Below are positions 23,241-32,546 of a DNA stretch of 64,000 nucleotides, piece by piece; positions within the stretch are counted from its first letter, which is position 1; every line of letters starts with the position of its first letter. The notes beneath the pieces were generated by a model. It was not told the origin of the DNA. It saw nothing but the letters and a program-made list of their open reading frames with translations, and ran no database searches. Source of the DNA: a virus; the IMG/VR virus record IMGVR_UViG_3300042484_001802. The stretch is one strand, 5' to 3'. Position numbers and translations under genes: made by a program.

Positions 23241-24329
23241 ATGGCATACGTAACAATAACATTAGCGGCTGGATCTTCCACAAATAGTGGGCCTTTTGAT
23301 ATAATTGGCACACCTGGGAACACTTTATTATTTTCAACTCAATCGTATAACGACCTATCAACTGGTCAAGTATATGATATTGATATGGGGATATATACTG
23401 GTATTACTTTAACTAGTTCAGGTACTTGTAATAATAGTGTTGGACCATATACATTTGATAGTGGACCTGTTTGCTTGTGTGATGAGGGATATACGGTGAC
23501 AAATGATGGTTTAGGTTGTTATAAAGTAACAATAACAAGTGCAACGTCAGTAGACACAAAACAACCAGGAACTGGCGCCGCTAACGGTGCTTATGGCGAT
23601 TTTGGTGTTTTGATATATAATGTTAGTGATTTCAATTTAAATGGTAGTTCAACTAGTGGTAATTACGCATATAACGGTAGTTATTTTGGAACTAACGCTA
23701 GTATGACAGTTAGTGAATTATTCTGGGCTAATAGAATGAATTATAACGGAGTTTGGGTTAGTGGAAACCCAAATTATATTGGTACACTTAGTTTTTGTAC
23801 AACAATAAATGTTGCAACAACCAAGGTTTATTATATAGGTATTGCTGGTGATAATGAAATTATGATTAAAGTTAATGGAACAACAATAGTAGACCAACCA
23901 GCAGGTGGAACGACAGTTGGCGGATCTACAACTCCGACAAACAACTTTAAATATTGGCACGTTTATCCATATGTATTAAACGCCGGACCAAATATTGTTG
24001 AATTATCAAACTATAATGCTGGTTCTGTTGGAGATTACGCAGCGGAAATATATGACAACACATTGGCACAATTAACTGGAGCAACTTCAGCAAGTAGTTT
24101 AAATATTATATTCTCAACTGGTGATTATTTACCAGCTAGGGCGATATCTGGTGTAACAACATCTGCTTCGGCGGGCTCCGTTCAATTTATTGAAAACGTA
24201 GGCGCTGGTTCAAAATACGGACAAGGTTTCTGTACTAATTATAGTTGCGCAAGTGGATATGTTTTAGATACATCTGATCCAGAAACACCAACTTGTAAAT
24301 TAATAGAATACGCAGTGTGTATTTCATAA
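23241..24329 (+). CDS. Accessory virion protein with PA14-like core flanked by EGF-like Cys motifs
   Basis: YYIGIAGDNEIMIKVNGTTIVD...LNAGPNIVEL is PA14/GLEYA-like; CLCDEGYTVTNDGLGC and CASGYVLDTSDPETPTC are EGF-like. Confidence 0.55.
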   Translation: MAYVTITLAAGSSTNSGPFDIIGTPGNTLLFSTQSYNDLSTGQVYDIDMGIYTGITLTSSGTCNNSVGPYTFDSGPVCLCDEGYTVTNDGLGCYKVTITSATSVDTKQPGTGAANGAYGDFGVLIYNVSDFNLNGSSTSGNYAYNGSYFGTNASMTVSELFWANRMNYNGVWVSGNPNYIGTLSFCTTINVATTKVYYIGIAGDNEIMIKVNGTTIVDQPAGGTTVGGSTTPTNNFKYWHVYPYVLNAGPNIVELSNYNAGSVGDYAAEIYDNTLAQLTGATSASSLNIIFSTGDYLPARAISGVTTSASAGSVQFIENVGAGSKYGQGFCTNYSCASGYVLDTSDPETPTCKLIEYAVCIS

Positions 24330-24358
24330 CATAAAACATAAAATATAAAATATAAAAC

Positions 24359-24877
24359 ATGGACATAACAATTAGTTTTTCAACAACACCATCATTATCT
24401 GTGGGACCTTTTACGGTTACCGTTAGAGATGGTAGTAATACCGCAACACAAACATTTTCAAATGTTACTAGAGCAACAATATTAAGTGGATATTTGATTC
24501 AAAATATAACTTCTTTAGACGAATCTATTAGAGTAGAAAGTTCTGGAACTTGTAGCACATTAGATACAGTGGACATTAGTTCGGTAACTGGTGGTGGTGG
24601 TGGCGGCGGTGGCGGCGAACACACATCAAATAGCGTATTCTATTATGGTACATCAAGTGTAAATGCTTGTAACGTAGGAACCGCATTACCTGTAACAGTA
24701 TTCTACGACGGTCTTTTAAGTGCATTAATGTCAGGAGATTATTTATATGAAGACCAAACTGGCACACCATTAAGTTCGGGTTACTATTTCAACGATGGTT
24801 TAACATTTGGATTATTTAATGTTGCGGCAGGAGGCATGATTTCAACAATAAGTGATTGTAGCGGTAGTACCCCATAA
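24359..24877 (+). CDS. Two-domain accessory virion protein with poly-Gly hinge
   Basis: GPFTVTV...SSGTC N-domain, Gly9 linker, small C-domain with two Cys. Confidence 0.55.
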   Translation: MDITISFSTTPSLSVGPFTVTVRDGSNTATQTFSNVTRATILSGYLIQNITSLDESIRVESSGTCSTLDTVDISSVTGGGGGGGGGEHTSNSVFYYGTSSVNACNVGTALPVTVFYDGLLSALMSGDYLYEDQTGTPLSSGYYFNDGLTFGLFNVAAGGMISTISDCSGSTP

Positions 24878-24898
24878 TCTTTTGACTTATAACTGATT

Positions 24899-24926
24899 AA
24901 AACCCCTTTATTTTAAGGGGTTTTTT
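24899..24926 (+). terminator. Intrinsic terminator (possibly bidirectional)
   Basis: AAAACCCCTT / AAGGGGTTTT stem with T tail. Confidence 0.85.
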
Positions 24927-24959
24927 ATTTAAATTATATGTAAAGGTATTTATACTATT

Positions 24960-26120
24960 ATGGGTGTTTCAATAAGATTAATTAATATTAGTGGGTCAAC
25001 ATCGTATAGCGTGGCGTATTCAACCTCGCCATACGGTTCATTTACAACAGCTCTTACAGGTACGACATCCACAGCAACAATTAGTGGTGCCCCATTTGAA
25101 TTCGACACGCAATATTATATTAAACTGACAGATTTGGTTACAAATAGATATATTATTGAAAATATATATATTCACGATAGTAAAGCACATCCATTCTATG
25201 ACACAATAGATTTTGATTTAAGTGCTTCATGTGTTCCTCCACCGGTAACGCCAACAGCAACACCTACTTTAACCTTAACAAGCACACCTACACAAACATT
25301 AACCGCTAGCATTGGTTTAACATCAACACCGACACCTACTTTAACATTAACTAAAACACCTACACAAACACCAACACCGACAACTAGTTTGGCTGAACCA
25401 TTGCCAGGTTGTGGTGATACATTAACAGGAACGTATATACCAACAGGTTTTACGATTCAAACACAAGCATTAGATTTATCTGAAGCTACTGATGAATCAA
25501 TAATAAGCGTTGGATACGTTGCGTACGATAGACCAAATAGATTTAATATTTACGGAAATGGAATGTTAATTGAAAATAGTGGATGGGTTGGTGCTGATAA
25601 TACGTATGCGGGTCCTTGGGGAACGGCTGGAAGTTTAGCTGACCCTGACGGTACCGGTTCATTTACATTTACATATCAAAGTGGAATGTCCTATGAATTA
25701 CGTGTTGATGTGGGTCCATCGAATCCACTTGCAGACCCACCAAACCCTTCAGACGGATGGTCGGTAACATTTACTTGTTTAGGATCACCAACACCAACTC
25801 CGACACCGACACTGACAGCATCACTTGGTCAATGTTACACATATCGTGTTGCACAAGCTGCGCCTGTTAGCACATCAGAATATGGTATAAGATACAGATA
25901 TCCTGGATCACTTTCAACTGACAATCGCCTCGATACTTTGGATCCAGGGATAGCAACAATTGAGGGTGTTGATTATTTCACATATTCAATATGTAGTTCG
26001 GAGGAACCAACATGGCTTATAATGACAACATCTACTTCGGGAACTGGTGGAGCGGTACCTAACGGTGTTTATAGATTCGGGCCATTAGGAGGATGTAGTG
26101 GTAATGTAGAATGTATATAA
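24960..26120 (+). CDS. Thr-Pro-linker multi-domain accessory virion protein
   Basis: Three small Cys-bounded beta domains joined by TPTPT linkers; TATTTAT at 24947. Confidence 0.55.
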   Translation: MGVSIRLINISGSTSYSVAYSTSPYGSFTTALTGTTSTATISGAPFEFDTQYYIKLTDLVTNRYIIENIYIHDSKAHPFYDTIDFDLSASCVPPPVTPTATPTLTLTSTPTQTLTASIGLTSTPTPTLTLTKTPTQTPTPTTSLAEPLPGCGDTLTGTYIPTGFTIQTQALDLSEATDESIISVGYVAYDRPNRFNIYGNGMLIENSGWVGADNTYAGPWGTAGSLADPDGTGSFTFTYQSGMSYELRVDVGPSNPLADPPNPSDGWSVTFTCLGSPTPTPTPTLTASLGQCYTYRVAQAAPVSTSEYGIRYRYPGSLSTDNRLDTLDPGIATIEGVDYFTYSICSSEEPTWLIMTTSTSGTGGAVPNGVYRFGPLGGCSGNVECI

Positions 26121-26132
26121 TATTTATTAATA

Positions 26133-26423
26133 ATGGCAACATATAATATAACAATATCGAATATAAGCGGAAGCACAACACCGTGTAGTGTTTATAACAT
26201 TTATACCGGAACTACTTGGGAAACAATACCAACAACACCGCTTTTTTCTGATGTTGCCATACCATTAAATGGAAAAACATTTCAAATAATATATTCTGGC
26301 GCATCAAAATATGTTTGTGTTTTTGTTGAACATTGTGATGACCATATAACATCAGTACCAAATGCAACGCCTAAAAAACAGGGGGGATATCAAATAAGAT
26401 TAGTGGAATTAATTCCATGTTAA
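26133..26423 (+). CDS. Small Cys-containing accessory protein (stand-alone N-domain type)
   Basis: 96 aa, MATYNITISNISGST N-terminus like that of 24960; TATTTAT at 26121. Confidence 0.5.
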   Translation: MATYNITISNISGSTTPCSVYNIYTGTTWETIPTTPLFSDVAIPLNGKTFQIIYSGASKYVCVFVEHCDDHITSVPNATPKKQGGYQIRLVELIPC

Positions 26424-26433
26424 AGATAAATAA

Positions 26434-27828
26434 ATGGCTAAAGGAGTAACAATAAATTTTACAATAGATTCGGATCATTCACAATCAAATTTTCCTCAGT
26501 ATGTTTATACTGGTTTAACTGCTGATAATGTGACTGGAACTACAATATGTAATGGGATAACCGCTAGCAGTTGTACTTTAACAGGTTTAAGTGACACTTT
26601 AACACAAGTTTATGTAAAAATTAATTGTAATGGTTGTGACGACCAAATATTTTTGGTTTCACTAATAGAACCTATAGCAACAAACACGCCGACGCCAACT
26701 TTAACAGCAACACCTACAAACACACCAACACCTACAAATACACAAACACCTACAAATACAACAACCGAAGGTGCGACTCCAACGGCCACGCCAACATTAA
26801 CGCTAACAACTACACCGACAAATACTCCAACGTTAACCTTAACATCAACCCCTACCCCTACATCAACAACAGTAACATGTGTACCTAAAGAATATAATAT
26901 AACCGCTGCAGGTAATTTCTATTGGACTGATTGTGAAGGAAATGAGAGATATGATTATTTTACAACCGGAGATAGTCCAATATGTATCTGTAGTTCAAGT
27001 AATTTACCAATATCGTTAGATGGTGGAACAGGAACATTAGCGGGCGGTGGATGTGAATGTAATCCAGCAACTTCAACCCCAACCCCAACAGCAACACCTA
27101 CTCTTACCCCTACGCAAATGGCGGGACAATGTTATAGTTTTTCTATACCATCAACATATAATACAAGTGGTTATGGTTTAAGAATTCAAATACCTGGTCA
27201 ACCAGTACAAGATATACCATTTAACGGATTATTCGCGGAACAAGGACCTGGTCCAAGTTTTAACGCAATTTATTATGTATGTAGTGCTAGTATACCAGAG
27301 TATGTTAATATATCAACTGGTGTAGGTACAACAACGCCAGAAGAAATATTAACAACAGGACCAGATGGTTCATGTTCAAGTTATGTTGATTGTTTTGGTT
27401 CAACACAAACACCAACCCCAACACAAACATTAACAGCAACACCGACATTAACACCTAGTGCGGGCGGGGCACCGGGATCAGCATGTATTTCAATAACAGA
27501 ATATTCTTCACAAAGTACCACTGAATGTTTATCTAATACTGTACCATATTTCTATACCGTTATTACAGCATTATTAACTGATGGTAATGGTAATGCAATG
27601 AATGCTGTTGGTGATGTATATGCCTATGTTAATGTTACGGTAAATGTCCTTTACGAGCAGGAAAATACATATGAATATCCAATTGAAATAAGTAGTGGAA
27701 CAAGTTCGGGCACGCTTACCATTGATACATCAGTACCTGTAGATAATGGACAAGCTAATTGTGAAAATGAAACAAGAGTAATAAATTCTTATAGTGCACA
27801 AGTCGGATATAGTATATGCGCACCTTAA
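26434..27828 (+). CDS. Thr-Pro-linker, Cys-rich multi-domain accessory virion protein
   Basis: Four small Cys-rich domains separated by (T-x)n linkers; the GQCY...YGLR..PG domain is paralogous to the last domain of 24960. Confidence 0.55.
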   Translation: MAKGVTINFTIDSDHSQSNFPQYVYTGLTADNVTGTTICNGITASSCTLTGLSDTLTQVYVKINCNGCDDQIFLVSLIEPIATNTPTPTLTATPTNTPTPTNTQTPTNTTTEGATPTATPTLTLTTTPTNTPTLTLTSTPTPTSTTVTCVPKEYNITAAGNFYWTDCEGNERYDYFTTGDSPICICSSSNLPISLDGGTGTLAGGGCECNPATSTPTPTATPTLTPTQMAGQCYSFSIPSTYNTSGYGLRIQIPGQPVQDIPFNGLFAEQGPGPSFNAIYYVCSASIPEYVNISTGVGTTTPEEILTTGPDGSCSSYVDCFGSTQTPTPTQTLTATPTLTPSAGGAPGSACISITEYSSQSTTECLSNTVPYFYTVITALLTDGNGNAMNAVGDVYAYVNVTVNVLYEQENTYEYPIEISSGTSSGTLTIDTSVPVDNGQANCENETRVINSYSAQVGYSICAP

Positions 27829-27859
27829 TGATAAAAATAAAAAAAGATATTTATAACAT

Positions 27860-29962
27860 ATGAGCTTTTTAAACAGTAATAATTCAGAATTTTTAACAGC
27901 AAGAATTACCCAAAAAGGTAGAAAATCTATCGCTGAGGGTAATTTTGTAATAAGTTATTTCCAAATAGGTGATTCTGAATTTGATTACAACTTCACAGGA
28001 TTCACTGGGAATGGCGTAACACCACATCAAAAAGTGTTGGCGCCAATGGATAAAGATGCTCAAGTAAAGTATCCATATAAATTAACATCATCTGAAAGTT
28101 TAACATACGGTAACCCAATAAAACAAAATACGTTAGATACAATTAAAAATGTTATGGGACCGGCAGGTTTCGTTTCAGATTACGTTGAATATGATTCAGT
28201 GGATTGTACTGGAACAACAATTGCATGTGAGATACAAGAAATATCGTTATCACAAGTTGATGGTACTAATTTATTAACAGTTTTAACTGGTGCAACATAC
28301 AATGGTTGTGAATATGTTACAATTCTTTTTAACAGTAGAACCTGTGGTGAGATACCAACATTAACTGGCGAAACAAATAGTTTGGTTTATAAAATTACAG
28401 GTATAACAGGTAATGAGTTAGCGTTTGATAGAATTATGCCAAACTTCTCATCATTAAGTGGTTATGCGCAAGTGATATGTCATAATTGTGATGTTGAATT
28501 TGGGTCTGATACTACAACAACAACTGTTTGTTCACCATCACCTGTAGATCCATCAGCAGCACATGATCCGTGGAGAATGGAAATCGTTTGGACAGAAAAA
28601 CCAGCAGGATTAAATGCATCAAATGAAAGTTTAACAGGATATACTGGAACACAATACGCATCAACAAAAGAATATTTAGGGTATAATAGCACATCAGGTC
28701 AAACATTTACAAATTTTACTGGAGGAACACTATCAACACCAACAACATTTGTTAATTCATTTGGTGAAGAAGTTAATGTTAAACCAGAAGACCAAAGAGT
28801 AATAGCAATATTACATTACTCAGAATTAGGTGATTCAGTTAACGACCCTGAAAGATTTTTTAAATACGATGATTACATCGCATCTGAAACTGAAGATGAT
28901 ATTTTAAGTTTCGAAGTGTACATTCCGTTTATGTTATATCATAGAAATACTGGTACCACTATTGGTGCAGTGTTTACTATGGGCGAAACAAATTATTATG
29001 TAACATCAAGTAAGAACGATAAACCAAATACTAATAATGTTGTATTCAGATATCTTTTAGATGAACAAGGTTATAAAGTTGGTAAAGTTTTCACAGGTAA
29101 AAAGATAATAGTATTTGATGATCAAGAAATTATAGCGGCATTAGAATATAAATCAAACAGAAGATTCACACTACCATCACCAAGAGTTAGTGCGGTTCCG
29201 GTTGATTTACCATGTACTGTTGGAGATTTACCAATGATAACAAGTGGTGAAACAGCATACATTACATATGAATTAGAACTAACAGGAAATACAGCATTAA
29301 GTGGGATACATTGTAATTACTATAATAGTGTTACTGGTATATCTGTGAATGCATCAATTAAATTCAATACTGATGATTTCAAGTATATGAATAATAATAC
29401 CAATTTAGTTGGTAGCACCAGCGGATTTAGAGCAAATAAGTTTAAAGCATTAGTTCAAATAGTTTCAGGAAGTACACAACCAGAATCAGATTCTTGGACT
29501 GTAATAGATTTAACAGACCAAATACCTAACCACACAGTTGGTAATTTAATTGATCCCGATAATTTATGTGACTATCAGTTTGTTATTGGTCAAGATATGT
29601 TAGATGGTGGTTCTTTATATTCAATCGGAACAAATACGTCAACAACAGATAATTTAATTGGTTATCAACCAACATTGACTAGCGGTGATGCTACACTTCC
29701 ACAATTTGGTGATAGTCAACCATTTCCAGGTAGCGTTAAGTTAACTAGGGCGTCTGACTTAGAGGTTATGACGTTTATGATTAACTTACCGTCATCACAA
29801 TTCACACAAACTCAGAATCCTACGTATATTTCTGGTGCAACCAAAAGAATTACAGAGGTAGCATTACTAGATGCAAGTAAAAATGTGTTGGCGATGTCAA
29901 AAACAGCTAAACCAGTGATAAGGTCTGGAGTACAAGTTTTTGCACTAAAAATTGATTTTTAA
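27860..29962 (+). CDS. Tail-collar/fibre attachment-like baseplate protein
   Basis: ARITQKGRKSIA...FQIGD at the N-terminus and ITEVALLDASKNVLAMSK at the C-terminus resemble the two halves of the tail-collar fibre domain split by a large insertion. Confidence 0.55.
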   Translation: MSFLNSNNSEFLTARITQKGRKSIAEGNFVISYFQIGDSEFDYNFTGFTGNGVTPHQKVLAPMDKDAQVKYPYKLTSSESLTYGNPIKQNTLDTIKNVMGPAGFVSDYVEYDSVDCTGTTIACEIQEISLSQVDGTNLLTVLTGATYNGCEYVTILFNSRTCGEIPTLTGETNSLVYKITGITGNELAFDRIMPNFSSLSGYAQVICHNCDVEFGSDTTTTTVCSPSPVDPSAAHDPWRMEIVWTEKPAGLNASNESLTGYTGTQYASTKEYLGYNSTSGQTFTNFTGGTLSTPTTFVNSFGEEVNVKPEDQRVIAILHYSELGDSVNDPERFFKYDDYIASETEDDILSFEVYIPFMLYHRNTGTTIGAVFTMGETNYYVTSSKNDKPNTNNVVFRYLLDEQGYKVGKVFTGKKIIVFDDQEIIAALEYKSNRRFTLPSPRVSAVPVDLPCTVGDLPMITSGETAYITYELELTGNTALSGIHCNYYNSVTGISVNASIKFNTDDFKYMNNNTNLVGSTSGFRANKFKALVQIVSGSTQPESDSWTVIDLTDQIPNHTVGNLIDPDNLCDYQFVIGQDMLDGGSLYSIGTNTSTTDNLIGYQPTLTSGDATLPQFGDSQPFPGSVKLTRASDLEVMTFMINLPSSQFTQTQNPTYISGATKRITEVALLDASKNVLAMSKTAKPVIRSGVQVFALKIDF

Positions 29963-29993
29963 CCATTTACATTTTTAATATCTATAGTTATTC

Positions 29994-30596
29994 TTGTTTA
30001 TGGAAACAAAATTCAAAAACAAATCTAAAATTTTAGGATTAGATATCTCAACCAAAACTATTGGTTGGGCACTATTCGATTTAGCCGGTAAGAAGTTGTT
30101 AGAGTTAACACATTTCTCACCAAAGGTTAAACCCCTACCAGAAGACAAATTAGAGGAATTAATGAAAAAAGCGGATGCTTTCAAGAAACAACTTGAGGGT
30201 TATCGTGATATGGGTATTGTTAAAGTTATCATTGAAGAACCATTATTAAATTCTAATAATATCTACACAGTAGGTACATTATTAAGATATAACACAATGA
30301 TTTGCAAGATAGTATACGATATTTTGGGTATTGTTCCGACATTTATTTCCACATATAATGCAAGAAAATTTGCGTTCCCAGATTTAGTTGGTCCAAATGA
30401 TAAAGGTAGAAATGTTCTATTTGGCGGTTATCCTAAAGATATTGATAAGAAACATGTGGTTTGGGAACACGTAAACGCTGTTTGCCCAGAAGTTACTTGG
30501 TTATATGGTAAAACCGGTTCATTAAGAAAAGAAAACTATGATATGAGTGATGCTGCAACAGCGGTAATCGGCTATATTAACATGTTAAAAGAATAA
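29994..30596 (+). CDS. RuvC-like Holliday junction resolvase (likely start ATG 30000)
   Basis: ILGLDISTKTIGWA, VIIEEP, DMSDA acidic RNase H-fold catalytic motifs. Confidence 0.85.
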   Translation: MFMETKFKNKSKILGLDISTKTIGWALFDLAGKKLLELTHFSPKVKPLPEDKLEELMKKADAFKKQLEGYRDMGIVKVIIEEPLLNSNNIYTVGTLLRYNTMICKIVYDILGIVPTFISTYNARKFAFPDLVGPNDKGRNVLFGGYPKDIDKKHVVWEHVNAVCPEVTWLYGKTGSLRKENYDMSDAATAVIGYINMLKE

Positions 30597-30608
30597 GGCA
30601 ACTAGTAT

Positions 30609-30639
30609 TTTGTTATTAATTATTAATAGCGTATATTAG
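30609..30639 (+). promoter_or_regulatory. Bacteroidota-type -33/-7 promoter
   Basis: TTTG (30609-12), 19 nt, TATATTAG (30632-39); one mismatch to TAnnTTTG. Confidence 0.65.
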
Positions 30640-30644
30640 TATAC

Positions 30645-30721
30645 AATACAGCAAATCGGGTGCACAGAAATGTACATCTGGTTGGTGTTCCCCTGGGGTG
30701 GTGTCCAGGGGATTTTTTTTT
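30645..30721 (+). ncRNA. Candidate ~75-nt small RNA (GAAA-capped hairpin plus terminator)
   Basis: AATCGGGTGCACA-GAAA-TGTACATCTGGTT stem with G-U pairs, then TCCCCTGG/CCAGGGGA + T9; GC-rich island with no ORF between promoter and terminator. Confidence 0.55.
30689..30721 (+). terminator. Intrinsic terminator
   Basis: 8-bp GC-rich stem followed by nine T. Confidence 0.85.
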
Positions 30722-30748
30722 CTCACATATTTTACATATATTAGGCAT

Positions 30749-31687
30749 ATGCCGGAAACCGAAATCGACTATTCAGCTATTGTTGACCTTTTAGAGGACA
30801 TATTGGGAGAACCACATATGCACAATGACTATAGGTGTCAAATATCTTTTGACTGCCCTGTCTGCTCGTATGAGTTAAAGGGGTTAGATGAAGGGGATGG
30901 TAAGGGTAATTTAGAAATTAACTATCGTTTTGGGGTTTATAAGTGCTGGGCGTGTAGTGAAACACACGATACTCACGGTGGGCTATATAAGTTAATCAAA
31001 AAATATGGTCGACCTAAACATACAAAACGTTATGAGTTATTGAGACCAGATGATATTGGTGAATTAAGAAAAGTAACTAAGGTTGCGAGGTTACCAAACG
31101 AGTACATTCCATTAAAAGACGCTAGTATGGGTTTAAAATTAACTCATTACTATAAACAGGCGATGAATTATTTACGTAGTAGAAATATTACTGACGAAAT
31201 GATTGAAAAATATCGAATAGGATTTGCATACACTGGTTTATACGCTAGTAGAATCATAATTCCATCATATGGGCATGATTTAATGTTAAACTATTTCATT
31301 GCCAGATCATATGCCCCAAACACTAAATTAAAATATAAAAATCCAGATGTCAGAAAAGAGGATTTGATTTTTAATGAACATTTGCTTGATTGGACTAAAC
31401 CAATTTATATTGTTGAAGGTGCATTTGACAGTATATTCGTACCAAACTCAATACCATTACTTGGTAAATTTGTTAGTGAGTTTGTTTTCAATAAGATATA
31501 TGATAACGCAACCGGGATTACGATATTATTAGATGGGGATGCGTGGGAAGATGCACAAAGAGTATATCATAAATTAAATGGCGGTAGATTATTTGGTAAA
31601 GTTTGGATAGTAAAACTAGATATTGATAAAGATATCGCTGACTTACAAGGAAAATTAGAAAATTATAAACCCTTTCAATTAAAGTAA
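30749..31687 (+). CDS. DNA primase (zinc-binding domain plus TOPRIM)
   Basis: DCPVC...YKCWAC zinc ligands, IIIP, YKNP, IVEGAFD and LLDGDA TOPRIM motifs. ATG 30749 preferred to GTG 30698, which lies inside the terminator. Confidence 0.9.
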   Translation: MPETEIDYSAIVDLLEDILGEPHMHNDYRCQISFDCPVCSYELKGLDEGDGKGNLEINYRFGVYKCWACSETHDTHGGLYKLIKKYGRPKHTKRYELLRPDDIGELRKVTKVARLPNEYIPLKDASMGLKLTHYYKQAMNYLRSRNITDEMIEKYRIGFAYTGLYASRIIIPSYGHDLMLNYFIARSYAPNTKLKYKNPDVRKEDLIFNEHLLDWTKPIYIVEGAFDSIFVPNSIPLLGKFVSEFVFNKIYDNATGITILLDGDAWEDAQRVYHKLNGGRLFGKVWIVKLDIDKDIADLQGKLENYKPFQLK

Positions 31688-31688
31688 C

Positions 31689-32546
31689 ATGGATTTAAAA
31701 GAAATCTCGTTAGAGATAAATGAATTATTGACTAAAAGAAGAAATGAATTAGAACTCACCTTTGTTGAGGACAAACACATTTATTATATGAAGGATCTTG
31801 ATGGTATTGTCAGAGATGACTTCCCATCTGTTTCTAGAGTAATTAAAAGATTTCACAAAGCATTTGACGCACCGGCCAAAGCATTAGAAATGTCTAAAGG
31901 TGACAGGACGAAACAACAACAATTATTGGGTGAATGGCGAGCGGCTGGGGACTACTCAACAAATATGGGTAGTCGTGTTCACTATGTTTTAGAGTCGGAG
32001 ACAATCCAACGTTATGGTGGTTATAAAGAGGTTAGAGAACCAATTTTCAATTGTGATGAAAGTCAAATTATTAAAGGCGACAACATGATTAAAGCTGGTA
32101 ATTCATTTTTAGATTTAATGGCTGAACGTGGAGCAGTTCTATTAGATACTGAAATTATTTTAGGTGATAATGAGCTGGGCTATACGGGACAACCAGATAA
32201 GGTTTGGTTAATGATGAATAAGGATAACACCAATTACGGAATCGTAATTACTGATTGGAAAACAAATCAACCAAAAAACTTCGAGGTTCATCATTATACT
32301 GGTAAATTGTATCCACCATTTAATGATTATCATGATAATGCATTAGGTCATTATTTTTTACAACTACCTCTTTATGTTCGTTTATTGTTAAAAATGTTAA
32401 GTGGAACAAAATATGCCGATTTAAAATTACTAGGCGGTGTAATTGTATTATTAAAAGACGACGGAACATATGTTGAATATAAGGTACCGCCTGTTATTAG
32501 TTCAACAATTTTAAGAATGGATTTAAGCAAATACACAAGAAAATGA
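31689..32546 (+). CDS. PD-(D/E)XK exonuclease (Cas4/lambda-exo-like)
   Basis: PSVS, GSRVH, GQPD, ITDWKT, QLPLY motifs. Confidence 0.8.
   Translation: MDLKEISLEINELLTKRRNELELTFVEDKHIYYMKDLDGIVRDDFPSVSRVIKRFHKAFDAPAKALEMSKGDRTKQQQLLGEWRAAGDYSTNMGSRVHYVLESETIQRYGGYKEVREPIFNCDESQIIKGDNMIKAGNSFLDLMAERGAVLLDTEIILGDNELGYTGQPDKVWLMMNKDNTNYGIVITDWKTNQPKNFEVHHYTGKLYPPFNDYHDNALGHYFLQLPLYVRLLLKMLSGTKYADLKLLGGVIVLLKDDGTYVEYKVPPVISSTILRMDLSKYTRK

Noticed and set aside
30645-30690. Possible c-di-GMP-I riboswitch (GCAAA...GAAA hairpin)
   Set aside because: No second hairpin with a tetraloop receptor is present before the terminator.
30698-30748. Listed GTG start of primase (likewise upstream starts at 40061, 42410, 49538, 51064)
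   Set aside because: These extensions run through terminators, promoter motifs or neighbouring small genes; downstream starts fit better.
31689-32546. Cas4 as evidence of a CRISPR-Cas system
   Set aside because: No Fe-S cysteine cluster, cas1/cas2 or array; it lies in a replication/recombination operon.
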